A program made the position numbers and the translations under genes. A DNA stretch of 64,000 nt from an uncultured candidate division Zixibacteria bacterium (GTDB lineage Bacteria > Zixibacteria > MSB-5A5 > GN15 > FEB-12): the NCBI GenBank assembly GCA_963806185.1, contig CAWDXE010000001.1:928001-992000 (forward strand), read 5' to 3'. Below are positions 51,296 through 63,582 of the stretch, piece after piece; the stretch's first letter is position 1, and every line of letters begins with the position of its first letter. A model generated the notes under the pieces. It was given only the letters and a program-made list of their open reading frames with translations. It made no database searches and was not told the DNA's origin.

Positions 51296-52015
51296 TTACC
51301 ACCGATCTATTAACTTAACCTGTTCGTCAAGCATAAACCGCGGGGGCACTCGCTCAGCGAGTGTGTCCAATATCACGGATTTTATCCAGAGGATGGAACT
51401 ACGGGCATCGCGGGCGCAACGCGTGTTGAAATTTCTAACATCTTTCGGAGATTTTGTCTTCGGCCAGTGATTTCGAGAATCTGAATCATCAACCGTATGC
51501 ACCCCTTGCTCTCCCATCGTAATCACCCACGCCACTTCTTCCGGTCGAGCGTGCACGATTGCATTTCGAATCTTAATGTACTCATCCAATCGTTGCCAAT
51601 CGCTCCTGTCTCGTTTGAGTACTTTTCTAGGGTCAACAATCGAATTCGCACAAATGGGAATTATGAAATACAGTTTTTCATTTAATGGCCACCATTCAAA
51701 GCCCTGCCCTCGCAAATGGTCCAGCCGTTTCTTAGTCCTAAAAATCTCATCCGGCAGACTGTCTTCCGAACGACTCTTGTACTCCTCATAAAGGCACATG
51801 ACAAAGGACTCAAGTCCGCTCATGCCCAGCAAGAAGCTAGCTGTAGCGAGATGCTTCTCCTTCGCCCATTCTCCCTGGTCAAGATTCATGTCATGTTTCC
51901 TTCGCTTATCTTCAATCATGTTGAAGATCGGTTCGGCCTCGATTAATAGCGCCTCCATCCCCGCAAACAGAGGTTGAAATGGTCGTGTCTGTAGAACCGA
52001 TTTAATGGTCGCCAT
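51296..52015 (-). CDS. Hypothetical protein, possible HEPN-fold nuclease
   Basis: A 239-aa ORF starting 12 nt after the upstream stop, in visibly more AT-rich DNA. It has an Rx4H motif (RNAIVH) and an N-terminal helix with LE. Confidence 0.6.
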   Translation of the reverse strand: MATIKSVLQTRPFQPLFAGMEALLIEAEPIFNMIEDKRRKHDMNLDQGEWAKEKHLATASFLLGMSGLESFVMCLYEEYKSRSEDSLPDEIFRTKKRLDHLRGQGFEWWPLNEKLYFIIPICANSIVDPRKVLKRDRSDWQRLDEYIKIRNAIVHARPEEVAWVITMGEQGVHTVDDSDSRNHWPKTKSPKDVRNFNTRCARDARSSILWIKSVILDTLAERVPPRFMLDEQVKLIDRW

Positions 52016-52027
52016 CTGGCGATATCC

Positions 52028-53204
52028 TCATTTGTGTGCGGCAAACCGATCCAGGATTCCAGTCAGTCGGTCGATGTCCTGTTCATTGTTGAACAAGTGA
52101 CAAGAGACGCGAATTGAGCCCTCCCGCTGCACCAGAATAATCCGCTCCTTCAAAATCGCCTTGTGCAATCTGGCGATGTCGTCGCACGCAAACGTGAAGA
52201 TTGACGACCGGTGCTTTTCTTCCATTGACGACGTAATCCGATAATACGGCTTCTGTCTGATATAGGCGGCCAATCGATCAATCAGGCCGTGGGTATGTTT
52301 CTGAATATTCGGAATGCCCAGATCTACGAAAAGGTCCGCCGCGGCACGCATGCCGAAGATATTCAGCACGGCGTAATACCCCAATTCGAACTTCCGCGCT
52401 TCGTCGAACCACTCTTTGTCGTAGTGGAATAGGTCGGTGTACTGCATGTGCCAGTCGACGCCCAGCCAGCTCATGAAAGGTATCTGTAGCGATTGCTGCA
52501 CCTCGTCACTCAGGTAGAAAAAGGCACACCCTTGCGGCGCCAATAGCCACTTCTGGCAGCCGGAACTGAAGACATCAATCCCCAGCTCGACCACATTGAG
52601 TCGGCTCGACTCCCATCCCCTGAATACCGTCGACGATCAAGTAACAGCCATGTTCTTTCGCAATCCGTGAAATAGTCGCCAGATCGTTCTTGTACCCGTT
52701 GAAAAACTGCACGTACGAGAGCGCGATCACCCGCGTTTTCGGATTGATTGCCTTTTCCAGCTCAGCGATGTCAAAGCGACGGTTGTGCGACGGCACAAAG
52801 GTGAGTTTCAGTTCCCGTCGTTCCGCCGCCGCACGCCAGGCATAAACGATCGCCGGAAATTCAATATCGGATACCAGTACCTCGTCACCCGCCTTCAGCG
52901 GCAAGCCGAAGGCCGCCACATTGATGCCGAAACTGGTATTCAGGCCAAGACCTACCTGGTGCGACTTGGCGCCGATCAGCGAGGCGTAAATGTCGCGCAG
53001 TTCGCACTGCGCCACGTCGGCATCATGGCTGTCGTCTGTGGCGGCGTCCACCCGAATCTGGACATTGTGTCGGACGGCCTCGGCCACCGGAGTGCAAAAC
53101 GGACCGTAGGAGGCACTGTTGAAGTATATAACGTCCTTCGTATGAGGAAACAGGCTGCGCGCCTGTGCAAACTTCGCTTCAGTCGTCGGCGTGACGGTCG
53201 ACAT
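52028..53204 (-). CDS. Class V PLP-dependent aminotransferase (cysteine desulfurase-like), with a single-base frameshift near 52600
   Basis: YFNSAS, NTSFG, EFPA and VDGIQ in one frame. SGCQKWLLAPQG (PLP lysine) and IRVSCHLFN in the next frame. Confidence 0.88.
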
Positions 53205-53215
53205 GTCACACTCCT

Positions 53216-53632
53216 TCACATGGCGTATATGAGTCCAATTACGGTCAGACACCCGGCTAACTTGATCAAGTGCGAAAGCAGCAGAAAAAGCAGGAAAGGC
53301 ATGGGCAATTTCAATCGGACCGACAGTGACATGATCACCGGCGCCGCTCCAAGTATGAACGCAAATATCGCGGCAGCAAACCCCGCCCGTACCGTTTCCA
53401 AGGGCAGGATCAGCCGGAGAAAGCCGTAGCCAAAGGCGGGAATGGCCACATAAAACAGGGCCTCCATCGTGAAATTCATGAAGGTCCACACAAATCCGGT
53501 CTCTTCTTTCAGTTCTTTCGGAATGGCATACGAAAGACGCAACCGGCGCTCGATGAAGTCGAGGATGAACGAGATGACCAGCAGGTACGCACCCGCGGCC
53601 AACAGGCAGACCAATGCCAGCGAACCGGACAT
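53216..53632 (-). CDS. Hypothetical membrane protein
   Basis: About four hydrophobic helices, tightly packed within the operon. Confidence 0.7.
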   Translation of the reverse strand: MSGSLALVCLLAAGAYLLVISFILDFIERRLRLSYAIPKELKEETGFVWTFMNFTMEALFYVAIPAFGYGFLRLILPLETVRAGFAAAIFAFILGAAPVIMSLSVRLKLPMPFLLFLLLSHLIKLAGCLTVIGLIYAM

Positions 53633-53634
53633 TA

Positions 53635-54627
53635 TCACAGCCATCCCTCCTTGAGGTACCAGTCAAATGTTTCTCGTGCACCCCGGTCAAACGGGATTGA
53701 CGATTCAAAGCCCAGCTCCCGCTTCGCTTTGTCGGTTGATACACTCCACGACGCCAACAGCTCACGCGATTTTTCGACCGTCAGCATCGGCACCGCTCGG
53801 ACCAATCGAAAGGCAGATTCCGACACGAAGGCAATGAATTTGAAGAGCGGCGCCGGTATCGGCAGCGGCAGCGCCCTTCGCCCGCAAACGGTCTCGAGCG
53901 TGGCCACAAGCTGCGCCATGGTATATGCCCGCGATTCGCCAATGAAATAGATTGAACCCGAAACCGTATTAGCCGTCAAGCCGCGCAATACACCGGCACA
54001 GACGTCGTCGACGTGCACCAATTGAATCAACCGCTTCGGATTACCGAAGAGCGGGTTGATACGACGGTATACCGTCTTGAACACAGTGAGTATTTCTTTG
54101 TCGCCGGGACCGTACACACCCATCGGACGAAGGATCACGGTCGGCAAGCGACTGGCGAATTCCTGTACCACCTTCTCTCCCGCCGCTTTCGATCGACCAT
54201 ACGTGGTGATAGGATTGGGCGGATCGGCCTCGGTCAGCGGTGTGTCACCTCTCATCGGTCCCGAAACGGCCAGTGATGAGACATAGATGACTTTCCTGAC
54301 GTGCGGATTGTGCGCGACAATCGCTTCAAGCAGATTGAGCGTCCCGGTTTCGTTGACCGCAAAAAATGTCTCGGCCGCTTTTGCCTTAACGATGCCGGCG
54401 TTATGAATGACATAATCAACGCCCGCTACCATGGCCGGCAGCGTATCCGGACTGCAGACATCACCATACCTGTAGGTGACCGGCAGCGTCTTCAACAACG
54501 ACAGATCGGCGGTTCGTCGCACACCGGCGTAGACGATGTACCCGTGTTCGAGGAAAGTGTTGCAGAGTCGTGAGCCAATGAAGCCATTGGCTCCCGTGAT
54601 CAGGACTGACGGTTTCGCTTCGGACAT
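53635..54627 (-). CDS. NAD-dependent epimerase/dehydratase (extended SDR)
   Basis: Motifs TGANGFIG, HNAG, YVSS, YGRSK and VYGPGD. Confidence 0.92.
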   Translation of the reverse strand: MSEAKPSVLITGANGFIGSRLCNTFLEHGYIVYAGVRRTADLSLLKTLPVTYRYGDVCSPDTLPAMVAGVDYVIHNAGIVKAKAAETFFAVNETGTLNLLEAIVAHNPHVRKVIYVSSLAVSGPMRGDTPLTEADPPNPITTYGRSKAAGEKVVQEFASRLPTVILRPMGVYGPGDKEILTVFKTVYRRINPLFGNPKRLIQLVHVDDVCAGVLRGLTANTVSGSIYFIGESRAYTMAQLVATLETVCGRRALPLPIPAPLFKFIAFVSESAFRLVRAVPMLTVEKSRELLASWSVSTDKAKRELGFESSIPFDRGARETFDWYLKEGWL

Positions 54628-54678
54628 CGTCCGAATCTACCCATTTGAGCAGGCGCTTTCAAGCTGTTATCTTGCCCC
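54628..54678. promoter_or_regulatory. Overlapping divergent leaderless promoters
   Basis: Plus strand: TTGAGC(54645)-17-TATCTT-5-ATG(54679). Minus strand: TTGAAA(54662)-17-TAGATT-6-ATG(54627). Confidence 0.6.
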
Positions 54679-55029
54679 ATGGATTTCGGCTATCGCCTGG
54701 TGACGGACGAACAGGGACGGATTGAGTACAAGCAGCGCCCGGGCCGCAAAAAGCACTTTCATCTTGAAGTCTTTGTGGATGAACCCGATTCGGTGCTGGA
54801 TTCTGTTCGTCTGGTCGAATATCGTCTGCACGAGTCGTTTAGCGAGCCGATCCGTCACAACGATGACCGTCGCCGCCGCTTCGCCGAACGATTCTTCACC
54901 TGGGGGAAATTTGCCATTGCTGTCACAGTGCTGTTTGTCGACGGCCGCCGCGAGTCGTTTCAGTTCAACCTGGATTACTCACTCCCACCCGATTACGGCC
55001 TGAATTACGTGAAAATTCCGGCGGAGTGA
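54679..55029 (+). CDS. Stand-alone prokaryotic YEATS (pYEATS) domain protein
   Basis: V..VEYRLHESFSEP.R......F....FTWGKF.I.V.V matches the YEATS LH.SF..P...WG.F signature. Confidence 0.75.
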   Translation: MDFGYRLVTDEQGRIEYKQRPGRKKHFHLEVFVDEPDSVLDSVRLVEYRLHESFSEPIRHNDDRRRRFAERFFTWGKFAIAVTVLFVDGRRESFQFNLDYSLPPDYGLNYVKIPAE

Positions 55030-55032
55030 GTC

Positions 55033-55557
55033 TCACCCCGCATTGTGCCGTCGCACTGCCGCCACCAATAACGGTATCACAATGATTTGCACGGCAATTC
55101 CGGGCAATCCGCTGACTATCGCCCCGCCGGTCGAGAAAAAGGCCGCCGCCGTGTACGGCAATTCTATAAACATGCCCAGCACGAACAATCCAAGTCCAAA
55201 CATGAGGCGACCCACGATCAATGCCAATACGAGAGCAATATAGATATTGAAATGTAGATGCTTGTAGGCCAACCCCGCCACCAGGCCGTAGATCGGCAGT
55301 TCCAACGACATCAACGGCACAGCGTAGGTCGGCGGCATGCCGGTGAGCAAGTGCGACATGAGCGGGGCAATCAAACCGACTACCACTCCCGAAGCCGGCC
55401 CTACCAGAAACCCGGCCAGGAGTACCGGGATGTGCATCGGAAGAAGAATACGGCCGCTGATGCCAAAGAGGTGGAAGCCGATCGGCAGGAGTACCGCCAA
55501 CGCCAAATACAGCGCGGTGTGAGTCAACCATCGCGCTTTGGTGTGCTGATCTTTCAC
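55033..55557 (-). CDS. ECF transporter S component
   Basis: LLPMHIPVLLAG...G, SHLLTGMPP and LPGIAVQ across about six TM helices. Confidence 0.85.
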   Translation of the reverse strand: MKDQHTKARWLTHTALYLALAVLLPIGFHLFGISGRILLPMHIPVLLAGFLVGPASGVVVGLIAPLMSHLLTGMPPTYAVPLMSLELPIYGLVAGLAYKHLHFNIYIALVLALIVGRLMFGLGLFVLGMFIELPYTAAAFFSTGGAIVSGLPGIAVQIIVIPLLVAAVRRHNAG

Positions 55558-55569
55558 GGAGAACTATGA

Positions 55570-56172
55570 TTAGTCGGCGCGGCTGGCCGACGCTGTGAAC
55601 AGCGAGGGATGGTCTTCAATCGCCACAGCCCCGAATCTGGACTGCTCGAACATCTTCTGCAATTCCGCGGCTGACGGCAACTGGTCCTTTTCCACCACCC
55701 CGCCGATTCGCTTATGCAGCTCACCCACTTCCTTTGACGAGGCGAGGTGGACGATGTGAAATTCGGCCCCGGACTTGAGCACGCGGTGGATTTCATCGAG
55801 AGCTTTGCGTTTCTCCACAAAGTGCGGAAAGGAGGCAAAGGCAATTGCCAGGTCGAACTTCTTGTCACTGAATGGGAGCATGGAAACGTCGGCATCGACG
55901 ACATTAACATTGTCGAACGGAAAATTGCGGTGGGCAATGCGGATCATGTTTATCGAGAAATCCAGGCCGGTCACGGTCCCCTTCTCTCCGGTTTTGCGCC
56001 GAAGCATGTCAAACAAGATACCGGTGCCACACCCGACATCGAGAATGTCCATACCGGGCTTGACGCCGAGCTTGTCCACCAGATGCATCAGCCGCTCAAG
56101 GTCCTCGGCGGTGAACATCAAGTCCCATTCTTCGGCAAGTTTATCAAAAAAGGCCTGATGGGGGTCGTGCAT
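55570..56172 (-). CDS. Class I SAM-dependent methyltransferase
   Basis: Motifs ILDVGCGTG, GLDFS, DADV..LPF and RVLKSG. Confidence 0.92.
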   Translation of the reverse strand: MHDPHQAFFDKLAEEWDLMFTAEDLERLMHLVDKLGVKPGMDILDVGCGTGILFDMLRRKTGEKGTVTGLDFSINMIRIAHRNFPFDNVNVVDADVSMLPFSDKKFDLAIAFASFPHFVEKRKALDEIHRVLKSGAEFHIVHLASSKEVGELHKRIGGVVEKDQLPSAAELQKMFEQSRFGAVAIEDHPSLFTASASRAD

Positions 56173-56372
56173 AGGCCCGCAATGTAAATCCTACACCAAG
56201 CTTGTCAAGTTAAATTCCCCCCTTGTCACACAACGACTTACGACGCACGCACGGACGGCCTTTGTCGGCCGCACTGTCAGAATGTGACAACCAGCCGCCA
56301 AATCGTCGCCCCCGGGGAACCGGCAATCGTTATATTATGGGTTCCGCATTTGGTGGGAGAGACAAACAAACT

Positions 56373-59225
<2,853 letters not shown>

Positions 59226-59270
59226 TCGTCTGTTGTTGTTCCCGCAGTCCCAAGCCGATATATTCGCCCC

Positions 59271-60938
59271 ATGCAAACCGTCCTTCATATTCTCAACCTG
59301 GTCACCGAACTGCGGCGCGAACTGATCGGCGCCGAATTGGTCGGCACCGAGTACTACAAAAAGGAAAGGGCGGCTTACTTCTTCTTTCGGCAGGAGAAAA
59401 CGCGCTGGGCACTCGGCTTTCGCTTCCATCCGGCCGGGTCCGGTACGTTTCTGGTGCCGGCCTCAAAGATCACGATCGATACCACCGAAAAGCCCTGGCC
59501 GATGTTTGGCCTTTCGTCAGGAACAGTCAGCGCGGTGGAGCAACTCGGTCTGGATCGCCTTTTCTTCGTTACGCTTGCCATTAATGATGAGAAGAAACTC
59601 CTCGTGTTCGAGGCGATTGGCCCCAACGGCAATATCTGGTGCCTCGACAGTGATCGCCGCAAACAGGCTACGCTTCGCAACCGTGAATACAAAATCGGCG
59701 ATCAATACGACTTTCCCGCGCCGCCGGCTCGTCTCGATCCCTTCACAGTCGAGGCCTCAGCTATGCGCGAAAGGCTGACGGCTGAAATGCCATCCATGGT
59801 AACCTATGTCGAAAAACAGCTTATCGGCTTCACGCGCACGATGGCAAAGGAAGCTGTCGCTCGCGCCGGCATTGATTTCGTCGAGCCGTCAGCAGTGACC
59901 GATGAACAGCTTGCCACGTTGGCTAGGTCCGTCTGTGATCTTGCCGCTCGGTTTCCGGCGGCGGATTCTGCCTACCTCTACGTAATAAAGGGAGCGGCCG
60001 AGGTATACCCGTTCAAACTCTCAACCGTCACCGACGAGCCGGAGAAATTCAAATCGTTGTCACAGGCCGTGCTTGCCATGACCGAACATCGTCAGACCGT
60101 CGAGGAGGATGCTGATCGCGAAAAGCAAGTGACCGGCGCCGTCTCGCGAGCCATCAAACGACTCGAAGGACGGATACTTAAGATCGAGCACGACGTCACG
60201 GACGCCGAGAACTTCGAAATTTATAAGCGATACGGCGAACTCCTGCAAATTCACCATGCCGAGCTCAAGCGCGGGATGAGCAAGATCACAGTCGACGATA
60301 TCTTTCTCGAGCCGCATCAACCCGTCACCATAAAGCTCGATCCGGCGTTGCCACCGAGCGACAATATTGACGCTTATTTCAAACGCCACCGCAAAGGGCG
60401 CGAGGGTCTGGAGATTCTCCAGCGCCGGCTCGAGGTTTCCCGCCACGAGCTGGCCGAACTGCGGACAATTGCGGAGGCCCTTGAGATTAATTTCGACGTT
60501 GCCGTCAAGCAGTTCGACTCAGAACTTCAGGCTCTTCTCCCCCGCGAAGGCGAGCGAACCAAAGAAGCCCCCCGCCTGCCGTATCGCGAACACCAACTTT
60601 CCACCGGCGTGACCATCTTTGTCGGGCGCGAGGGGGCCGACAACGACCGACTGACGTTTGAGTTTGCCAAACCGCATGAGCTTTGGTTCCACGCCCAGCA
60701 GTGCCCCGGCTCACACGTGGTGATGAAATTCCCCAACAAGAGCTTTATCCCGTCCAAAAAGGAAATCGAAGAGACCGCTGCCTATGCGGCCGGCCATTCC
60801 AAGGCGAGAAATGACCGCCTGGTGCCGGTGATTTACACCGAACGCCGCTACGTCCGCAAACCGCGCAAAGCCAAGCCGGGGCTGGTGACGGTCGAGCGCG
60901 AGAAGTCGGTGATGGTGGTACCGAAGCGGCTCGGCTGA
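59271..60938 (+). CDS. rqcH: NFACT/RqcH (FbpA-DUF814) ribosome quality control protein
   Basis: NFACT-N region, coiled coils with YGELL and I.LDP, and C-terminal VGR...ND.LT...LWFHAQ..PGSHV...YT.RRYVRKP...PG.V. Confidence 0.85.
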   Translation: MQTVLHILNLVTELRRELIGAELVGTEYYKKERAAYFFFRQEKTRWALGFRFHPAGSGTFLVPASKITIDTTEKPWPMFGLSSGTVSAVEQLGLDRLFFVTLAINDEKKLLVFEAIGPNGNIWCLDSDRRKQATLRNREYKIGDQYDFPAPPARLDPFTVEASAMRERLTAEMPSMVTYVEKQLIGFTRTMAKEAVARAGIDFVEPSAVTDEQLATLARSVCDLAARFPAADSAYLYVIKGAAEVYPFKLSTVTDEPEKFKSLSQAVLAMTEHRQTVEEDADREKQVTGAVSRAIKRLEGRILKIEHDVTDAENFEIYKRYGELLQIHHAELKRGMSKITVDDIFLEPHQPVTIKLDPALPPSDNIDAYFKRHRKGREGLEILQRRLEVSRHELAELRTIAEALEINFDVAVKQFDSELQALLPREGERTKEAPRLPYREHQLSTGVTIFVGREGADNDRLTFEFAKPHELWFHAQQCPGSHVVMKFPNKSFIPSKKEIEETAAYAAGHSKARNDRLVPVIYTERRYVRKPRKAKPGLVTVEREKSVMVVPKRLG

Positions 60939-61012
60939 CACCCTCGTTGCTTTTGACACCGAATAACGCAATATTCTCCCCACTAATAGACACTACCCCG
61001 AAAGGACTTGCG

Positions 61013-62839
61013 ATGGCTACAGAGTCAGCCACCTCAAAAACCGCAATACCGCAGCGCAACGAAATCGCCGAACAGCACACCTGGCGACTTTCTGACATCT
61101 ATCCCTCCGATGCGGCCTGGGAAGCCGATTACGCCAAAGCTCAACAGCTTCTGGAGAAGGCGAAAGAGTTCGCCGGCAAACTGGCCTCGTCGCCGGCCGT
61201 TATGTACGACTGCTTTGAGTCGCGCAGTACCCTTTCGCTGATCCTCCACTCGCTCTATCAATACGCTTATCTCAATAAGGATCTCGACAACCGTGTCTCG
61301 AAGTGGCAGGCCTTCACCGAACGCGTCGCCATGCTCTCCTCGCAGGTGGCCGCGGCGTTCTCGTTTGTCGAGCCGGAATTGCTCAAAATGCCCGACGAGA
61401 AACTGCTGGCCATGGAAGCGCAGTTCCCCAAGCGGGGCATTTACGATTTCTATCTGAAGGAGCTGGTCCGTTCCAAAGCGCACGTGCGCAACGAAGAGGT
61501 AGAAGAAGTGCTCGCTATGTCATCGGTGATGGCCCGCGGCGCGGACAACATCTTTTCCATGCTCGACGATGCCGATATTACCTACCCGATCGTCAAAGGC
61601 GAGGACGGTCAGGAAATCAAGCTGACCAAACAGCGCTACGCCAAATTGATCGAATGCAAGGACCGCACCGTCCGCCGCGACGCCCACAATGCCTTCTACC
61701 AGCCGTATAAGGAACATGTCAATACACTCGGGGCATCGCTGTCGGCGTCGGTAAGTCGCGATATCTTTTACTCCCGCGTTCGTCGCTACGGCAACTGTCT
61801 CGAAAGTGCGCTCGACGGCAATAATATCCCGCTTTCGGTTTACCACTCCCTCCTCGACACCACCGAGGCGAACCTGCCGGGCATGCACGCGTACACGGCC
61901 CTGCGCAAACGCATTTTCAAGATCGACAACGTTTACACCTACGATATGGCCAACCCCCTCTTTCCGGAGCAGAACTACGAGGTTCCGTACGACCGCGCAG
62001 TTGAGCGGCTGCTCGAGGCGGTGGGGCCGCTGGGTGGCAAGTATGTCAGTGTGCTTCGCGACGCCATGCGGTCGCGCTGGGTTGACGTGTATGAAACCGA
62101 GGGCAAAGGCGGCGGCGCGTACAGCTGGGGGAACTACTCGATCCATCCGTATGTGCTGATGAATTACAACGACACCGTCGATAACATGTTTACGCTGGCG
62201 CACGAAATGGGCCACGCCATGCATTCGTACCTGTCGAATACGACCCAGCCCTTCCCCAAATCGCATTATGCCATCTTCATTGCCGAAATCGCCTCGACCC
62301 TGAATGAAGGGCTGCTCTGGAATCTGCTGATCAAAGAGGCCACCGATATCCGCGTCAAGCTCGACCTCTATAACCGGTATCTCGACATGACTTTCGGGAC
62401 GTTCTTCAATCAGGTCATGTACGCCCGGTTTGAACTGCTGATCCACGACCACGTCGAACAAGGAAATGCCCTCTCCCCCGAGTACTTCAACCAGGTCTGG
62501 GGCGATCTCACAAAGAAGTATTACGGCCCGGCTTTTACGCTCGACGAATTGACAGCCCTTAAGTGGTCGCGCATCCCGCACTTCTACAATTCGTTTTACG
62601 TGTACCAGTACGCCACATCCTATGCCGCGTCGCAGGCTATTCTGCAGAAATTCCTCAACGGCGAGCCGGGCATCATCGATCGGTATTTGGAAATGCTGTC
62701 CTCCGGCGGCAAGGACTACCCGATCGAACTGGTGAAGATCTGTGGGATAGACATGACCACTCCGGAGCCGTTTTTGGCGACTATTAATAGATTCGCCCAG
62801 CATGTGGCCGAGGTAGATCAACTGACTCGCGACCTCTAG
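61013..62839 (+). CDS. pepF: Oligoendopeptidase F (M3B)
   Basis: Motifs W.L.DIY, GGAYSWG, HPYVLMN, HEMGHAMH, AEIAS and RIPHFY..FYVYQYA. Confidence 0.96.
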   Translation: MATESATSKTAIPQRNEIAEQHTWRLSDIYPSDAAWEADYAKAQQLLEKAKEFAGKLASSPAVMYDCFESRSTLSLILHSLYQYAYLNKDLDNRVSKWQAFTERVAMLSSQVAAAFSFVEPELLKMPDEKLLAMEAQFPKRGIYDFYLKELVRSKAHVRNEEVEEVLAMSSVMARGADNIFSMLDDADITYPIVKGEDGQEIKLTKQRYAKLIECKDRTVRRDAHNAFYQPYKEHVNTLGASLSASVSRDIFYSRVRRYGNCLESALDGNNIPLSVYHSLLDTTEANLPGMHAYTALRKRIFKIDNVYTYDMANPLFPEQNYEVPYDRAVERLLEAVGPLGGKYVSVLRDAMRSRWVDVYETEGKGGGAYSWGNYSIHPYVLMNYNDTVDNMFTLAHEMGHAMHSYLSNTTQPFPKSHYAIFIAEIASTLNEGLLWNLLIKEATDIRVKLDLYNRYLDMTFGTFFNQVMYARFELLIHDHVEQGNALSPEYFNQVWGDLTKKYYGPAFTLDELTALKWSRIPHFYNSFYVYQYATSYAASQAILQKFLNGEPGIIDRYLEMLSSGGKDYPIELVKICGIDMTTPEPFLATINRFAQHVAEVDQLTRDL

Positions 62840-62867
62840 CCCCGCCAGCGACGTCTTAGACTGCAAC

Positions 62868-62904
62868 AAACCACCGGTCCACAGCAAACCGGTGGTTTTT
62901 CTTT
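62868..62904 (+). terminator. Rho-independent terminator after pepF
   Basis: AAACCACCGGT-loop-ACCGGTGGTTT followed by TTCTTT. Confidence 0.8.
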
Positions 62905-62989
62905 GACGATCACTCCTAATTGTATCTGACGGCGCTCTGCCAGGAGATCGACCGGTCCGCCAAAAACGAGAATGACTGATTGACGGAGG

Positions 62990-63484
62990 ATGAATGTCGT
63001 GAATACAATCACCCGATTTCTTTGTCTGGGACTGATCCTTGCCGCCGTGTCGGCGTCGGCTCAGCCTCTTGTCCCCACCGACAGTGTCAAACTGGCCAAA
63101 CTTCGTGCCCATATCGACTGGTCCAACAGCAAGTGGTGCGAGGCGCACAAGATCAGCGACCCCAAGCTGTTGGCCTCGCTCTTTTCCGACGATGGCGCCC
63201 TGCTTTTGGGCGGCGGCGTTCTGGTTCAGGGGCATGAGAATATCGAGAAGCGGATCGGCCGGTTTATGGAAAAGTACGGTCCCTTTGAGATGACTATCAC
63301 TACGGCGACTGTCTGGCTGGTCGATTCAATTGGTTACGAATTCGGCCGGTACACTCGCAAGTCCCTGAGTACAGCGGCCGATGTCGACACTACGACCGAA
63401 CATGGGCAGTATTTCGAGATGTGGAAGGAGCGCCCCGACGGCACTTGGCGGATCTGGCGCGACGCCGGGATACCGAAAGAGTGA
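62990..63484 (+). CDS. Secreted NTF2-like (DUF4440/SnoaL-like) protein
   Basis: GGAGG RBS, signal peptide, LASLFSDDG and YEFGRY...GQYFEMWKERPDGTWRIWRD. Confidence 0.85.
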   Translation: MNVVNTITRFLCLGLILAAVSASAQPLVPTDSVKLAKLRAHIDWSNSKWCEAHKISDPKLLASLFSDDGALLLGGGVLVQGHENIEKRIGRFMEKYGPFEMTITTATVWLVDSIGYEFGRYTRKSLSTAADVDTTTEHGQYFEMWKERPDGTWRIWRDAGIPKE

Positions 63485-63582
63485 GCCTCGGTTCCCGGTA
63501 GCATCCTGTCTCAGAACTGTCGAGTTTTTCAGAGCCAAATTCCCAATTGCTATCTTTTTCGTCTAACCATATATTCCTTGGT

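Noticed and set aside
61520..63235. 571-aa minus-strand ORF
   Set aside because: Antisense shadow of pepF, expected from GC-rich codon bias.
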